Of a stretch of 30,054 bases of DNA, positions 16,393 through 27,400 are shown one piece after another. How positions within the stretch are numbered: position 1 is the first letter of the stretch; each line of letters opens with the position of its first letter. Source of the DNA: a virus (taxonomy: Duplodnaviria; Caudoviricetes); the IMG/VR virus record IMGVR_UViG_3300042997_000065, positions 1 through 30,054 of that record; one strand, given 5' to 3'. The notes under the pieces are model-generated. The model was given only the letters and a program-made list of their open reading frames with translations, was not told the origin of the DNA and ran no database searches. The translations under genes were made by a program, and so were the position numbers.

Positions 16393-18788
16393 TGAATATA
16401 TATACAAATACGAATAGCGCTTTTCCGAGTCAAGTAGTTAGTGATGCTGAAAAAGCATCTATGGAATATGGGCTACAAGTATCTAGAGCAATAGAGCAGG
16501 AATGGTTTGATCAAAGCAGAACTACTCAAAATAGATATGTTTCTAATTGGAATAATTTTCATCAGTTAAGATTATATGCCAGAGGAGAACAATCAGTGCA
16601 GAAGTACAAAGATGAATTAGCCATTAATGGTGACTTGTCATATCTTAATTTAGATTGGAAACCTGTACCGGTTATTTCAAAGTTTGTTGATATTGTAGTT
16701 AACGGTATGTCTCAGAAATCTTATGATATTAAAGCATACGCGCAAGATCCTGAATCATTAAAAAATAGAACTGCATACGCAGAATCAGTTCTTAGAGATA
16801 TGTACTCTAAAGAATTGGTTAATAAAGCAAAAGAAAAATTAGGCCAAGACTTTTCAGCATCTCCTTTGCCTCAAGCAGAATTGCCCCAAAGTAAAGAAGA
16901 ATTAGACTTGCATATGCAATTAACATATAAACAGTCTATTGAGATAGCGGAAGAAGAGGCAATAAACAATGTATTAGATGCTAATAAATGGGACTTAATT
17001 AGAAGAAGATTAAACTATGATCTAACCGTATTGGGTATTGCATGTGCTAAAACAAACTTTAATGTTGCGGAAGGTATTAGAACTGAGTATGTTGATCCAG
17101 CTTATTTAGTGTACTCATATACAGAAGATCCAAACTTTGAGGATATATATTATGTTGGCGAAGTAAAAGCCGTGACCATACCGGAGTTAAAAAAGCAATT
17201 TCCAGATCTCACCGAAGAAGAATTGTACAAGATACAACAAATGCCGGGTAATAGACAATATATAACCGGTTGGGGTAACTACGATGAAAATACTGTTCAA
17301 GTAATGTATTTTGAATACAAGACTTATATGAACCAAGTATTCAAAATAAAGAAAGGCGAGAATGGATTAGAAAAATCTATTGAGAAAACAGATGAATTTA
17401 ATCCACCGGAAAATGATAACTTTGAAAAAGTATTTAGAACTATAGAGGTATTATATACTGGAGCAAAGATATTAGGTACCCAAACAATGCTAGAATGGAA
17501 GTTATCTGAAAATATGACTAGACCATTTGCTGATACAACTAAGGTTGAAATGAACTATGTTATTTGTGCGCCTAGAATGTACAAAGGCAGAATTGACTCT
17601 ACAGTTAATAAGATAACTGGGTTTGCCGATATGATACAGTTGACTCATTTAAAGTTACAGCAAGTAATGTCTCGCTTAGTTCCTGATGGAGTATTTGTTG
17701 ACGTTGATGGCTTAGCGGAAGTTGACTTAGGTAATGGTACAAACTATAATCCGGCTGAAGCGTTAAACATGTATTTCCAAACTGGTAGCATTGTAGGTAG
17801 ATCATTAACGCAGGAGGGAGGAATGAATGCAGGCAAAATACCTATCCAGGAATTAAATAGCTCTTCAGGTCAAGCTAAGATAGCATCGTTAATACAAACG
17901 TACCAATACTATTTACAATTAATAAGAGACGTTACTGGATTGAATGAGGCAAGAGACGGAAGTATGCCAGATAAAGATTCATTAGTTGGATTACAAAAGA
18001 TGGCAGCTAACGCTTCAAATACTGCTACAAGACACATATTGCAATCAAGTATGTTTTTAACATTAAGAATATGCGAAAACATATCACTTAGAATTGCGGA
18101 CTGTTTAAATTATCCTTTAACAGCAAAAGTAATGGAGCAAAGTATTACTACTTATAATTCAAAGACTTTAGAGGAAATGAAAAAATTGAATCTACATGAC
18201 TTTGGTATATATTTAGAATTAGAACCAGATGAAGAAGAGAAAGGTATGGTTGAACAAAATATACAAGTTGCTCTAAAGACTGGTAGTATAGATCTTGACG
18301 ATGCTATAGATATTAGACAAATAAAAAATCTAAAATTAGCAAATCAATTATTAAAGTTAAGAAAAGCCAGAAAGCAAAAAGCAGCACAAGAAGCTCAATT
18401 ACAAAATATACAGGCACAAGCGCAAGCAAATCAACAAACTGCCCAGCAAGCCGCTTTATTTGAGGTACAGAAACAGCAAGCATTGACACAAGAAACTGTG
18501 AACATTGAAAGAGCTAAGTCGCAATTTGATTTACAAAGAATTCAAATGGAAATGCAATTTAAGCAACAAATGATGGAACAAAAGTTTCAATACGATATGC
18601 AATTGGCTCAAGTAACTTCACAAGTAAAAACACAAGGATTAGAATTAGCAGAGGATAGAAAAGACAAACGTACTAAAATACAAGCAACTCAACAATCTGA
18701 ACTAATAGATCAAAGAAAGAATAACGCATTACCTAAAGACTTTGAATCAGAAGATGAAGATCTTATGAGTACATTAGGTATGGGGTAA
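16392..18788 (+). CDS. portal protein
   Basis: 798 aa directly after TerL, P22/crAss-like size, with a Q/A-rich C-terminal coiled-coil barrel. Confidence 0.85.
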   Translation: MNIYTNTNSAFPSQVVSDAEKASMEYGLQVSRAIEQEWFDQSRTTQNRYVSNWNNFHQLRLYARGEQSVQKYKDELAINGDLSYLNLDWKPVPVISKFVDIVVNGMSQKSYDIKAYAQDPESLKNRTAYAESVLRDMYSKELVNKAKEKLGQDFSASPLPQAELPQSKEELDLHMQLTYKQSIEIAEEEAINNVLDANKWDLIRRRLNYDLTVLGIACAKTNFNVAEGIRTEYVDPAYLVYSYTEDPNFEDIYYVGEVKAVTIPELKKQFPDLTEEELYKIQQMPGNRQYITGWGNYDENTVQVMYFEYKTYMNQVFKIKKGENGLEKSIEKTDEFNPPENDNFEKVFRTIEVLYTGAKILGTQTMLEWKLSENMTRPFADTTKVEMNYVICAPRMYKGRIDSTVNKITGFADMIQLTHLKLQQVMSRLVPDGVFVDVDGLAEVDLGNGTNYNPAEALNMYFQTGSIVGRSLTQEGGMNAGKIPIQELNSSSGQAKIASLIQTYQYYLQLIRDVTGLNEARDGSMPDKDSLVGLQKMAANASNTATRHILQSSMFLTLRICENISLRIADCLNYPLTAKVMEQSITTYNSKTLEEMKKLNLHDFGIYLELEPDEEEKGMVEQNIQVALKTGSIDLDDAIDIRQIKNLKLANQLLKLRKARKQKAAQEAQLQNIQAQAQANQQTAQQAALFEVQKQQALTQETVNIERAKSQFDLQRIQMEMQFKQQMMEQKFQYDMQLAQVTSQVKTQGLELAEDRKDKRTKIQATQQSELIDQRKNNALPKDFESEDEDLMSTLGMG

Positions 18789-18819
18789 AAAATATTAACC
18801 AATTTTATATTATTATATT

Positions 18820-20004
18820 ATGTCAGAGATTATTAAACAAGAGGGAGACTTTAAAATAAGTAAACCTAAAAAGCCAAAAAATTTAAACAAGCAGGCTGAA
18901 GTTACAAAGGTTGATTTTGTAAATCACGAAAAAGAACCTGAAGTTTTAAAAGTAGTTATACCAACATTAGAACAAGATAAAGATGCCGTTCAAAAGCAAA
19001 GCACAGATGAAAGCATGTTACTCCCAGAACAACCCGAAGTGGGATTGCAAGAAGTGGTCGAAGGAGACAAAGGGACCATTGAAAATGTTATACATGAAAT
19101 CTCCAACGAAGAGGTAGAGTCAGTTATTACTGAAAAAGAAGTTGAAAAACATATTCAGGAACAAGTTGCTACAGGTAAACCATTACCCGAAAATATCGAA
19201 AAGTTAGTTTCTTTTATGGAAGAAACAGGTGGAGATATTAATGATTATGTTAGACTTAATACAGATTACTCATCTATTGATAATGAACTATTATTAAAAG
19301 AGTATTATAAAAAATCACGTCCACATTTAGATATGGAAGAAATTGAATTCATGATGGAAGACACTTTCAGCTATGATGAGGATGAGGATGAAGAGCGAGA
19401 TATTAAAAAGAAAAAACTCGCGTTTAAAGAAGAAGTTGCAAAAGCACGAACTTTCTTAGAAGACCTTAAAGGAAAATATTATCAGGAGATCAAGTTGAGA
19501 CCTGGAATGTCCCAAGAGCAAAAAGAGGTTAGTGACTTTTTCAATAGATATAAAAAGAATGAAGAAGAGTCCAAGGCGCGGCATGAACGTTTCAAACAGG
19601 AAACTAAAAAATTATTTACAGACGATTTCAAAGGTTTTGAATACAATGTAGGTGAAAAAAGATTTAGATATACTGTGCAAAACAACGAACAGGTTGCAGA
19701 AAAGCAATCAGACATTAACAATTTTATTGGGAAGTTCCTAGATAAAGAAGGTAATGTTAGTGATTCTAAAAACTACCACAAGGCTTTATATACCGCTATG
19801 AATTCCGACAAGATTGCTCAACACTTTTACGAACAAGGTAAAGCTGATGCAATTAAAGAGGTAATGACTAATTCTAAAAATCCTAGTTTAGCACAACCTA
19901 GACAAACGTCCGGAGAAGTGTTTATCAATGGATTAAGGGTTAAGTCTGTTAGCGGTTTAGATTCTTCAAAATTAAGAATACAAACAAAAAAATTTAACAA
20001 TTAA
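18820..20004 (+). CDS. capsid scaffolding protein (putative)
   Basis: Acidic, charged helical protein between portal and capsid. Confidence 0.7.
   Translation: MSEIIKQEGDFKISKPKKPKNLNKQAEVTKVDFVNHEKEPEVLKVVIPTLEQDKDAVQKQSTDESMLLPEQPEVGLQEVVEGDKGTIENVIHEISNEEVESVITEKEVEKHIQEQVATGKPLPENIEKLVSFMEETGGDINDYVRLNTDYSSIDNELLLKEYYKKSRPHLDMEEIEFMMEDTFSYDEDEDEERDIKKKKLAFKEEVAKARTFLEDLKGKYYQEIKLRPGMSQEQKEVSDFFNRYKKNEEESKARHERFKQETKKLFTDDFKGFEYNVGEKRFRYTVQNNEQVAEKQSDINNFIGKFLDKEGNVSDSKNYHKALYTAMNSDKIAQHFYEQGKADAIKEVMTNSKNPSLAQPRQTSGEVFINGLRVKSVSGLDSSKLRIQTKKFNN
18983..19117 (+). CDS. 44-aa basic protein overprinted in the +1 frame of the scaffold gene
   Basis: MPFKSKAQMKACYSQNNPKWDCKKWSKETKGPLKMLYMKSPTKR*, with A at -3 and -6. 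The host frame uses atypical C/G-ending codons here. Confidence 0.65.
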   Translation: MPFKSKAQMKACYSQNNPKWDCKKWSKETKGPLKMLYMKSPTKR

Positions 20005-20015
20005 AATTAACGATT

Positions 20016-21470
20016 ATGTCAAATGTGACTCCACAATTCGGTTCAATTAAACCGTCTCAAAAACAACAAGCGTTAGAAACAAATTACTTAAACTTCGCAA
20101 ACGGAAGTGGTAATGATTTCGCGCAACAATATTTACCAGAAATCTACGAAGCAGAAGTAGAGCGTTATGGAAACAGAACTTTATCTGGATTCTTACGTAT
20201 GGTAGGTGCTGAAATGCCTATGTCTTCTGACCAAGTTATTTGGTCTGAACAAAACAGATTACACATTGCTTACAATGATGTAACTGCGGCTACTGCTACT
20301 ACATTGACTTTCACTACTGGTGGTACTGGAAAAAACTTTGTAGCTAACGCTATTTCTCCTGGACAAACATTAGTAGTTATGGATCCAACAACAGGTAAAG
20401 AATTAAAAGTTCTTGTTACTGCTTCTACAACTGTTTCTACTACAGCTACTATTACAGTTGCTACTTATACTCAAGCTAGTTTGTTCTCTGGAACAGTAGT
20501 ATGGAGTGCTGCAAATACAAATCTTAAAATCTTTGTATACGGTTCTGAATTTAAAAAAGGTACTACAGATGCTTCAATTAACGCTGTAACTCCTTCTTTC
20601 ACTCAATTCAACAACTCTCCTATCATCATCAAAGAAAGATACCAAATTTCTGGTTCTGACACTGCTCAGATTGGTTGGGTTGAAATTGCTACTGAAGATG
20701 GAGCTGGTGGATTCTTATGGTACTTGAAAGCAGAATCTGAAACAAGATTACGTTTTGAGGATTACTTAGAAATGTCAGTTATTGAAGGTGAATTAGCTGC
20801 TGCTAGTTCTGGTGTTGCTAACATTGCTGCTACAGGTGATGGTGCTGTATACAAAGGAACTCAAGGTCTTTTTGCCGCTATTAAAGATAGAGGTAATGTT
20901 GTAAATAACTTTACTGCCGTTGGTGGTTTAAGTGATTTCGATTCTATCTTGAAAAACTTAGATACTCAAGGAGCTATTGAAGAAAACATGTTCTTCTTGA
21001 ACCGTGCTACTTCACTTGATTTTGATGATATGCTTGCTTCTTTATCTTCTGGTGCTCAAGGTGGTGTTGCTTACGGTTTGTTTGAAAACTCTGAGCAAAT
21101 GGCTTTGAATTTAGGTTTCTCTGGTTTCCGTCGTGGATCTTATGATTTCTACAAAACAGACTGGAAATACTTGAACGATGCTTCTACACGTGGTGGAATT
21201 GCTAACACTTCTATTGATGGCGTACTTATTCCTGCTGGAACATCTACTGTATACGATCAACAATTAGGTACTAATATCCGTAGACCTTTCTTACACGTAC
21301 GTTACCGCGCTAACCAAGCAGACGACAGACGTATGAAGTCTTGGATCACTGGATCTGTTGGAGGTGCTTACACTTCTGATCTTGATGCAATGCAAGTACA
21401 CTTCTTGTCTGAAAGATGTTTAGTTACTCAAGCAGCTAACAACTTCGTGTTGTTCACTGCATCGGTATAA
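20016..21470 (+). CDS. major capsid protein
   Basis: 484 aa after the scaffold with strong high-expression codon bias, Thr-rich insertion and TQGLFAAIKDRG motif, followed by a terminator. Confidence 0.88.
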   Translation: MSNVTPQFGSIKPSQKQQALETNYLNFANGSGNDFAQQYLPEIYEAEVERYGNRTLSGFLRMVGAEMPMSSDQVIWSEQNRLHIAYNDVTAATATTLTFTTGGTGKNFVANAISPGQTLVVMDPTTGKELKVLVTASTTVSTTATITVATYTQASLFSGTVVWSAANTNLKIFVYGSEFKKGTTDASINAVTPSFTQFNNSPIIIKERYQISGSDTAQIGWVEIATEDGAGGFLWYLKAESETRLRFEDYLEMSVIEGELAAASSGVANIAATGDGAVYKGTQGLFAAIKDRGNVVNNFTAVGGLSDFDSILKNLDTQGAIEENMFFLNRATSLDFDDMLASLSSGAQGGVAYGLFENSEQMALNLGFSGFRRGSYDFYKTDWKYLNDASTRGGIANTSIDGVLIPAGTSTVYDQQLGTNIRRPFLHVRYRANQADDRRMKSWITGSVGGAYTSDLDAMQVHFLSERCLVTQAANNFVLFTASV

Positions 21471-21476
21471 ACCAAT

Positions 21477-21522
21477 GGTGATATTACCCCTGCTTTATCG
21501 GTGGGGGTAATTATTACCTTTT
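21477..21522 (+). terminator. intrinsic terminator after the capsid gene
   Basis: GGTGATATTACCCCTGCT-loop-GGTGGGGGTAATTATTACC followed by TTTT. Confidence 0.8.
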
Positions 21523-21549
21523 AAAAAAATTATTAAATTATATTATATT

Positions 21550-22380
21550 ATGAAACAAAATACAAAAGAAACAGTAGTTGATCAAGAAGTAGCAAACGAA
21601 GTTGTTACAAACACAAAAACTCAAGAGCCAAAACAAACAAAGAGTACTTGGGAAATTAAAGATAGAACTTATATAATTGCAGAAAGTGCATTCCCATTAA
21701 CATATACATTACAATGTAAGCATACCCCTAGGTATCCATTGTTATGGTTTGATCCAGAAACAAAAGAACAAGTAGAATTAAGATATGCTACTAATCAGAA
21801 TTCACCATTAGTTAAGGATCAGAAGGGACAAGTAACACTAGGGCATGTTGTATTTGAGAACGGAACATTATTTGTTCCAAAAGAAAAACAAAATTTACAA
21901 AAACTATTATCTATTTATCATCCAGGACTTAATATAAAGTATACAGAATTTGATGCAGCTATTGAAGCAGAAGATGATTTAGATTATTTAGAATTAGAGG
22001 TTGATGCAATGAATGCGGCTTTTGCAATGGATATTGATATGGCTGAGGCGATTGTTAGAGTAGAGGTTGGTTCTAGAGTCAATAAGATGAGTTCTAAGGA
22101 AGTAAAAAGAGATTTACTACTATTAGCTAGACGAAATCCTTCTTTGTTCTTAGAATTGGCCAATGACGATAACGTGCCTTTAAGGAACTTAGCAATTAGA
22201 GCAACTGAAACTGGAATTATTAAACTATCACAAGATCAAAGAACATTTATGTGGGGAGAGAATGATAGAAAATTGATGACAGTACCATTTGATGAAAATC
22301 CATATTCTGCAATGGCAGCATTTTTCAAAACAGATGAAGGCATTACAATCTTTAAGTCTATAGAGAAAAAACTTAAATAA
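21550..22380 (+). CDS. hypothetical protein in the head module
   Basis: 276-aa ORF between capsid and ring proteins. Confidence 0.8.
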   Translation: MKQNTKETVVDQEVANEVVTNTKTQEPKQTKSTWEIKDRTYIIAESAFPLTYTLQCKHTPRYPLLWFDPETKEQVELRYATNQNSPLVKDQKGQVTLGHVVFENGTLFVPKEKQNLQKLLSIYHPGLNIKYTEFDAAIEAEDDLDYLELEVDAMNAAFAMDIDMAEAIVRVEVGSRVNKMSSKEVKRDLLLLARRNPSLFLELANDDNVPLRNLAIRATETGIIKLSQDQRTFMWGENDRKLMTVPFDENPYSAMAAFFKTDEGITIFKSIEKKLK

Positions 22381-22397
22381 TACGTAATACTAATATA

Positions 22398-22435
22398 TAA
22401 GCGGATATTGTAAATTAAACTGCAGTATCCGCTTA
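22398..22435 (+). other. 15-bp intergenic RNA hairpin
   Basis: TAAGCGGATATTGTA-N8-TGCAGTATCCGCTTA, where both non-Watson-Crick pairs are U-G on the + transcript. Confidence 0.7.
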
Positions 22436-22456
22436 ATATTATAATAAAAATAGCAA

Positions 22457-23152
22457 ATGGCAGTAAGCGTAGACACAGTATATAGAACCGTTTTATTAAT
22501 TATAAATAAGGAGCAAAGAGGTAACTTAACTCCCGACGAGTTTAATAAGACAGCTACTCAAGTCCAATTAGAAATATTCAATGAATATTTTGAAGATCTT
22601 AATCAGGTATTAAGAGTACAGGGCAACGATAGCGAATACTCAGATAGAATAAAAAACCTAGAAGAAAGAATAGCTTTTTTTCATGCATATGGTAATTGTA
22701 CTTTCTTAGTCGATCATTTTACAACTCCAGACGCAGCTAACTTTTATAAGATAGGTACTGTTGTATACAAAGGAGAAAAAGAAGTTCAATATGTACAACC
22801 AAATGAACTATTAGAAATAATGTTATCTCCTATAACAAAGCCGTCTCTTTATTGGCCGGTATATGAATATAAAAACTCAGATATATACATATACCCAAAA
22901 ACAATAAAATCAGATATATCTTGTACATATATAAAGAAGCCTTTAAATCCAACGTGGAATTTTACATTAGGCACTAATAATCAATATATTTACAATCCAC
23001 TTACTTCTCAAGATTTTCAACTACATCCTATTGAGCAGACTAATTTAATAACCAGAATATTACTTTACTCAGGTATTGTCATTAGTGATCCGCAAATAGT
23101 TGGAATAGCTGCTCAACAAATTCAAGCAGAGAATATTAATTCAAAATCATAA
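22457..23152 (+). CDS. head-tail adaptor / ring protein (P22 gp4-like)
   Basis: INKEQRGNLTPDEFN...IYIYP...YIKKP pattern and position. Confidence 0.65.
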   Translation: MAVSVDTVYRTVLLIINKEQRGNLTPDEFNKTATQVQLEIFNEYFEDLNQVLRVQGNDSEYSDRIKNLEERIAFFHAYGNCTFLVDHFTTPDAANFYKIGTVVYKGEKEVQYVQPNELLEIMLSPITKPSLYWPVYEYKNSDIYIYPKTIKSDISCTYIKKPLNPTWNFTLGTNNQYIYNPLTSQDFQLHPIEQTNLITRILLYSGIVISDPQIVGIAAQQIQAENINSKS

Positions 23153-23158
23153 CATAAT

Positions 23159-24424
23159 ATGTCAACTCCAAATAATGGATTAATAACAGAAACTAATAGA
23201 CAATACTACGAGGGAGCGCAAGGCTTTAATGTAATCTATATAAATGACGGAGAAAGCAGGCCTACATGGACTTCTTCTTTTGAAACTACATTTAATACTG
23301 ATTTAATATTTGGTAGTTGGGACCCTAACGATATTAACTATGCTCTAAATAACTTTAAATTATATTGGAGTGCTACTGGATTTCCTGGCACATTTGAGGA
23401 AGTTATTTTACCATACTCAGTAAATGGAAATACTATAACATATGTAAATACATTATTACCAGCTTCTGATAGTTTTTTAGTTGTTCAATTGAAAACATTA
23501 AGCGGTGGAAGATATGGAGATTTAGATGATCCAGCTACATTAGCTTATGGAGAAATAACAGAGCAAAATTATGGTAGTTACTCTTATATTACGCTTAATG
23601 ATGTTATTAATAACTTTATGGTTGCTTATGTCGGCCATGGCAAATTAATAAATACTGTTAAAAGAACAGACGTTATATTCCACGCTAAACGAAGTATGCA
23701 AGAGTTTAGTTATGATACTTTAAAAAGTATTAAATCACAGGAATTAAATATACCGCCTAGTCTTAGCGTTATCATACCACAAGACTATGTTAATTATGTA
23801 AAGATGTCCTGGATAGACCATTCAGGGGTAAAACATCCTATATATCCATCAAACAATATAACTATAAGCCCATATGAAAATCCAATTCAGGACAATAGGG
23901 GTATGCCAATTCAAGATAATTTTGAATCAAACATAACAGGCACATCGATAACAGAGGAAAGATGGGGAACAAACAACAAGGACCGTATAACATTTGATAT
24001 AGACAACTTTGTAGGTGACTGGTATAATGGAGATATGTGGTTGCAAAGTGCTTTTTATGGCAGAAGATATGGTATTGATCCCCAGTATGCTAATATAAAC
24101 GGTTATTTCACAATGAACGAAAGAGAAGGTAAAATATCTTTTAGCAGTGATTTAGTTGGTAAATTAATAGTATTAGAATATATATCAGATGGGTTGGCTT
24201 ATGATTTAGACTCTAGAGTGCCTAAATTGGCTGAGGAGGCTATATACGCATATATTCTTCATGCGATAATTTCAACAAGAGCTAATCAACCAGAATATCT
24301 TGTTAATAGATTAAAGAAAGAAAAAAGCGCTAAATTAAGAAATACTAAAATAAGATTATCCAATATTAAATTAGAAGAAATTACACAAGTTCTAAGAGGA
24401 AAATCTAAATGGATTAAACACTAA
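23159..24424 (+). CDS. virion structural (ring/neck) protein
   Basis: IPQDYVNYVK and VLEYISDG motifs, located between adaptor and tail stabilisation genes. Confidence 0.6.
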   Translation: MSTPNNGLITETNRQYYEGAQGFNVIYINDGESRPTWTSSFETTFNTDLIFGSWDPNDINYALNNFKLYWSATGFPGTFEEVILPYSVNGNTITYVNTLLPASDSFLVVQLKTLSGGRYGDLDDPATLAYGEITEQNYGSYSYITLNDVINNFMVAYVGHGKLINTVKRTDVIFHAKRSMQEFSYDTLKSIKSQELNIPPSLSVIIPQDYVNYVKMSWIDHSGVKHPIYPSNNITISPYENPIQDNRGMPIQDNFESNITGTSITEERWGTNNKDRITFDIDNFVGDWYNGDMWLQSAFYGRRYGIDPQYANINGYFTMNEREGKISFSSDLVGKLIVLEYISDGLAYDLDSRVPKLAEEAIYAYILHAIISTRANQPEYLVNRLKKEKSAKLRNTKIRLSNIKLEEITQVLRGKSKWIKH

Positions 24425-24428
24425 TAAA

Positions 24429-27400
24429 ATGGCTGAAGTAAAAAATAGTTTCTTACAATCAAAAATGAATAAGGATTTAGATGATAGACTTATTCCTAAC
24501 GGTCAGTATAGAGATGCTTTAAATATATCTGTTGGTAAATCAGAAAACGATAGTATTGGTGTTTTACAGAACGTACTTGGCAATGCAAAATTAAACCAAT
24601 TAAGTTCTTTAGATCAAACGTTAACATGCGTTGGTGCCTTTATGGACAACCAAAATAATAGAATATATCAATTTCTAACTAACTACACCGATTTAAACCC
24701 TGAAGACATAACATTATGCGACAGTATAGTTCCTCCGGCTGGCGGGTGGATTATGAAGATCACTGTTTATGATTTTAATACAAGCCCTCAATATAAAACA
24801 TTAGTGTCAGGTACTTTCTTAAATTTTTCAACAACAAATTTAATATTAGGTGTAAATCTAATAGAAGGACTTTTATTTTGGACAGATAATAGAAATCAAC
24901 CACGTAAAATAAATATTAGTAGCGCTACTGTAAATCCGTTATATTATACTACAGAAACTCAAATATCAGTAGCGAAATATGCTCCTGTTGATCCTATATC
25001 TTTATTCAAAAAGGCAAGTGCGAAAATAACAGATATAACAGGTTCTATATATTCATTTGAAGATGAAGTTGGCACTATAACAGTTGGTATGACTTTGATT
25101 TCTAATCCAATGCTAGATACTGGTTACTCTATTGTAACAAATGTTGAGGAAGGAACTTTTGAACTATATACATTCGACAGCAATATAGCGGTTGGTGATA
25201 CATTAACATTTTTAGGATCTACCATGTCTAATAAATCAGATGACCCAGATTGGCCTGGTGATCCATCTTTTTTAGAAGATAAATATGTTAGATTTAGTTA
25301 TAGGTTTAAATTTGACGATAATGAATATTCTTTAATTGCTCCGTTCACTCAAATAGCATATATCCCAAAACAAAAAGGATATTTTATAAACGGTAATGAA
25401 TCATCTGCTTACAAGAGTACCGTTATTAGCTGGATGGAAAATAATGTTAATAATATAGAATTGTTAATACCATTGCCTGATACCGGAAATAATATTAGAG
25501 ATTCCTATAAAATAATCAGTTTAGATATATTATATAAAGAGTCTGATGCCTTATCTATAAAGGTATTAGACACTATCGACTATGTAGCTATACGCCAATC
25601 CTCCCCTGATACTAATGTATATAATTATCCGTACCAATCACAAAAACCATTTAAAACTCTACCAGACGATCAAATAACTAGAGTATATGATAACGTGCCT
25701 GTTAGAGCATTAGGACAAGAAGTAGTAGGTAATAGAGTTGTTTACGGTAACTTCTATACTATGTATTCGCCTCCTCAATCAATAAACTACAATACAACTA
25801 TATTACAAAAGTCTAGTGCTTTTAATAATTTTATAGAATATCCAAACCATACTATAAAGCAAAATAGAAACTATCAAGTAGGTTTTATATTAGCTGACAA
25901 GTTTGGTAGACAATCGTCTGTTATATTATCAACAGTTGATTTGCAATCCACAAGTGTAGGAGGAAGAGTATTTGGCGGATCAACGTTATATGCTCCGTAC
26001 GAAGATAAAAATTCAATGAATATACCAAGTGTGAAGAATTGGTTTGGTAATGCAATAGTTGCTGTGGTAAATAGCACGGTAAATTCAGCAAGAGACATTC
26101 AAGCAGGAACTCCGGGTTTATATGCAGAACCAACTTCTGCTATTGGATTTATTGTGTTACCTGATTCTACTACTATAACTGACAATTCGTATGAATTTAC
26201 TATAGATTCAAGTGCTAGACAAGTTGTTCCGGTTATTGGGAATAGTTTGCGAGGAGCTTACACTGATTATGTAACAGTGACTGATGCAGAAGAGACAGGA
26301 CCGGATACTTATTTTATCAATACTAATGGTAGGGTTAATGACTTATATCTATCAAATCCAGCAAATCCAGTAGACACTAAGTTTGCATATAATATAAATG
26401 AAATAGGTTGGTATTCTTATAAAGTTGTAGTTAAACAACAACAACAAGAATACTACAATGTATATCTACCGGGAATGTTAGATGGATACCCTAGTGATCA
26501 AACTTACGACTCGCAAGTAGTATACACCGGCGGTGTTGCTTCAACTCAGAACGGAATAAATATAACTGATTTCCCTGTTGGCGAAGTTGGAAAAACAGGT
26601 CATATAGTTTTAATAAACGACAATATAAATAAAGTACCAAGAGATTTAGTAGAAGTTGGACCAGATCAAAAGTTATATAGAAGTAGTGTTTCTTTGTATG
26701 GTAAAGTGGAGAATTCAGCAATTTTACTATCTGTAATCGCTGATGAAGATTATTTAATAACAAACCCACTAGAAACATCGATAGTATATAAACTATCAGA
26801 CAACGGAGGTATTGACGGAATGATAGTTTCTGTTGTAGCGGGTAACGGTATTCAATCAGATGAGGCTAATACTCCAGTTGACAATCCTAAAAGATGGTAT
26901 GCTAATACAGCAGTTGTCTCAAATGAATTGTATTCTTTTAATGTAACAAATAGTGTTTTAGCAGAGATAGGCGATACAATTATAGTTTTAACAGTTCCTC
27001 ATGAAAATATAGAAGTTGACGATCAAGTTGTTTACGAAATAGCAGGCGCTAAGTATTATAACTCTGTTTCGGTTGGCGGAACTACAGATATAACATTAAA
27101 TGATACTTTAACCGTGGATATTCCCGCGGATACGGTTATAAAAATTATTAGACCAAGCCACGGTAAAATTACTTTTAGTCCGCCAAACTGGGTTAATAAC
27201 GATGGCGCAGATGTATATTTAAACTATACTATATCAAAAGGAGAGAACATTCAGTATTTCCCAACAAGAAAAGCCGATATTGTAACGGCTATTGCTACCT
27301 CTGCAGATTTTAATTTCTTAGAGAATAATGTAAATAATATAAAAGGCACTGCAGGTTTAAATTTTTATCAATTACAAACGTCGCCTAGTATTGGTAGAGT

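Noticed and set aside
19373-19459. Short +1-frame ORF (MMRMRMKSE...) further inside the scaffold gene
   Set aside because: It is only 28 aa and is explained by GAT/GAG acidic codon runs, with no recognisable motif.
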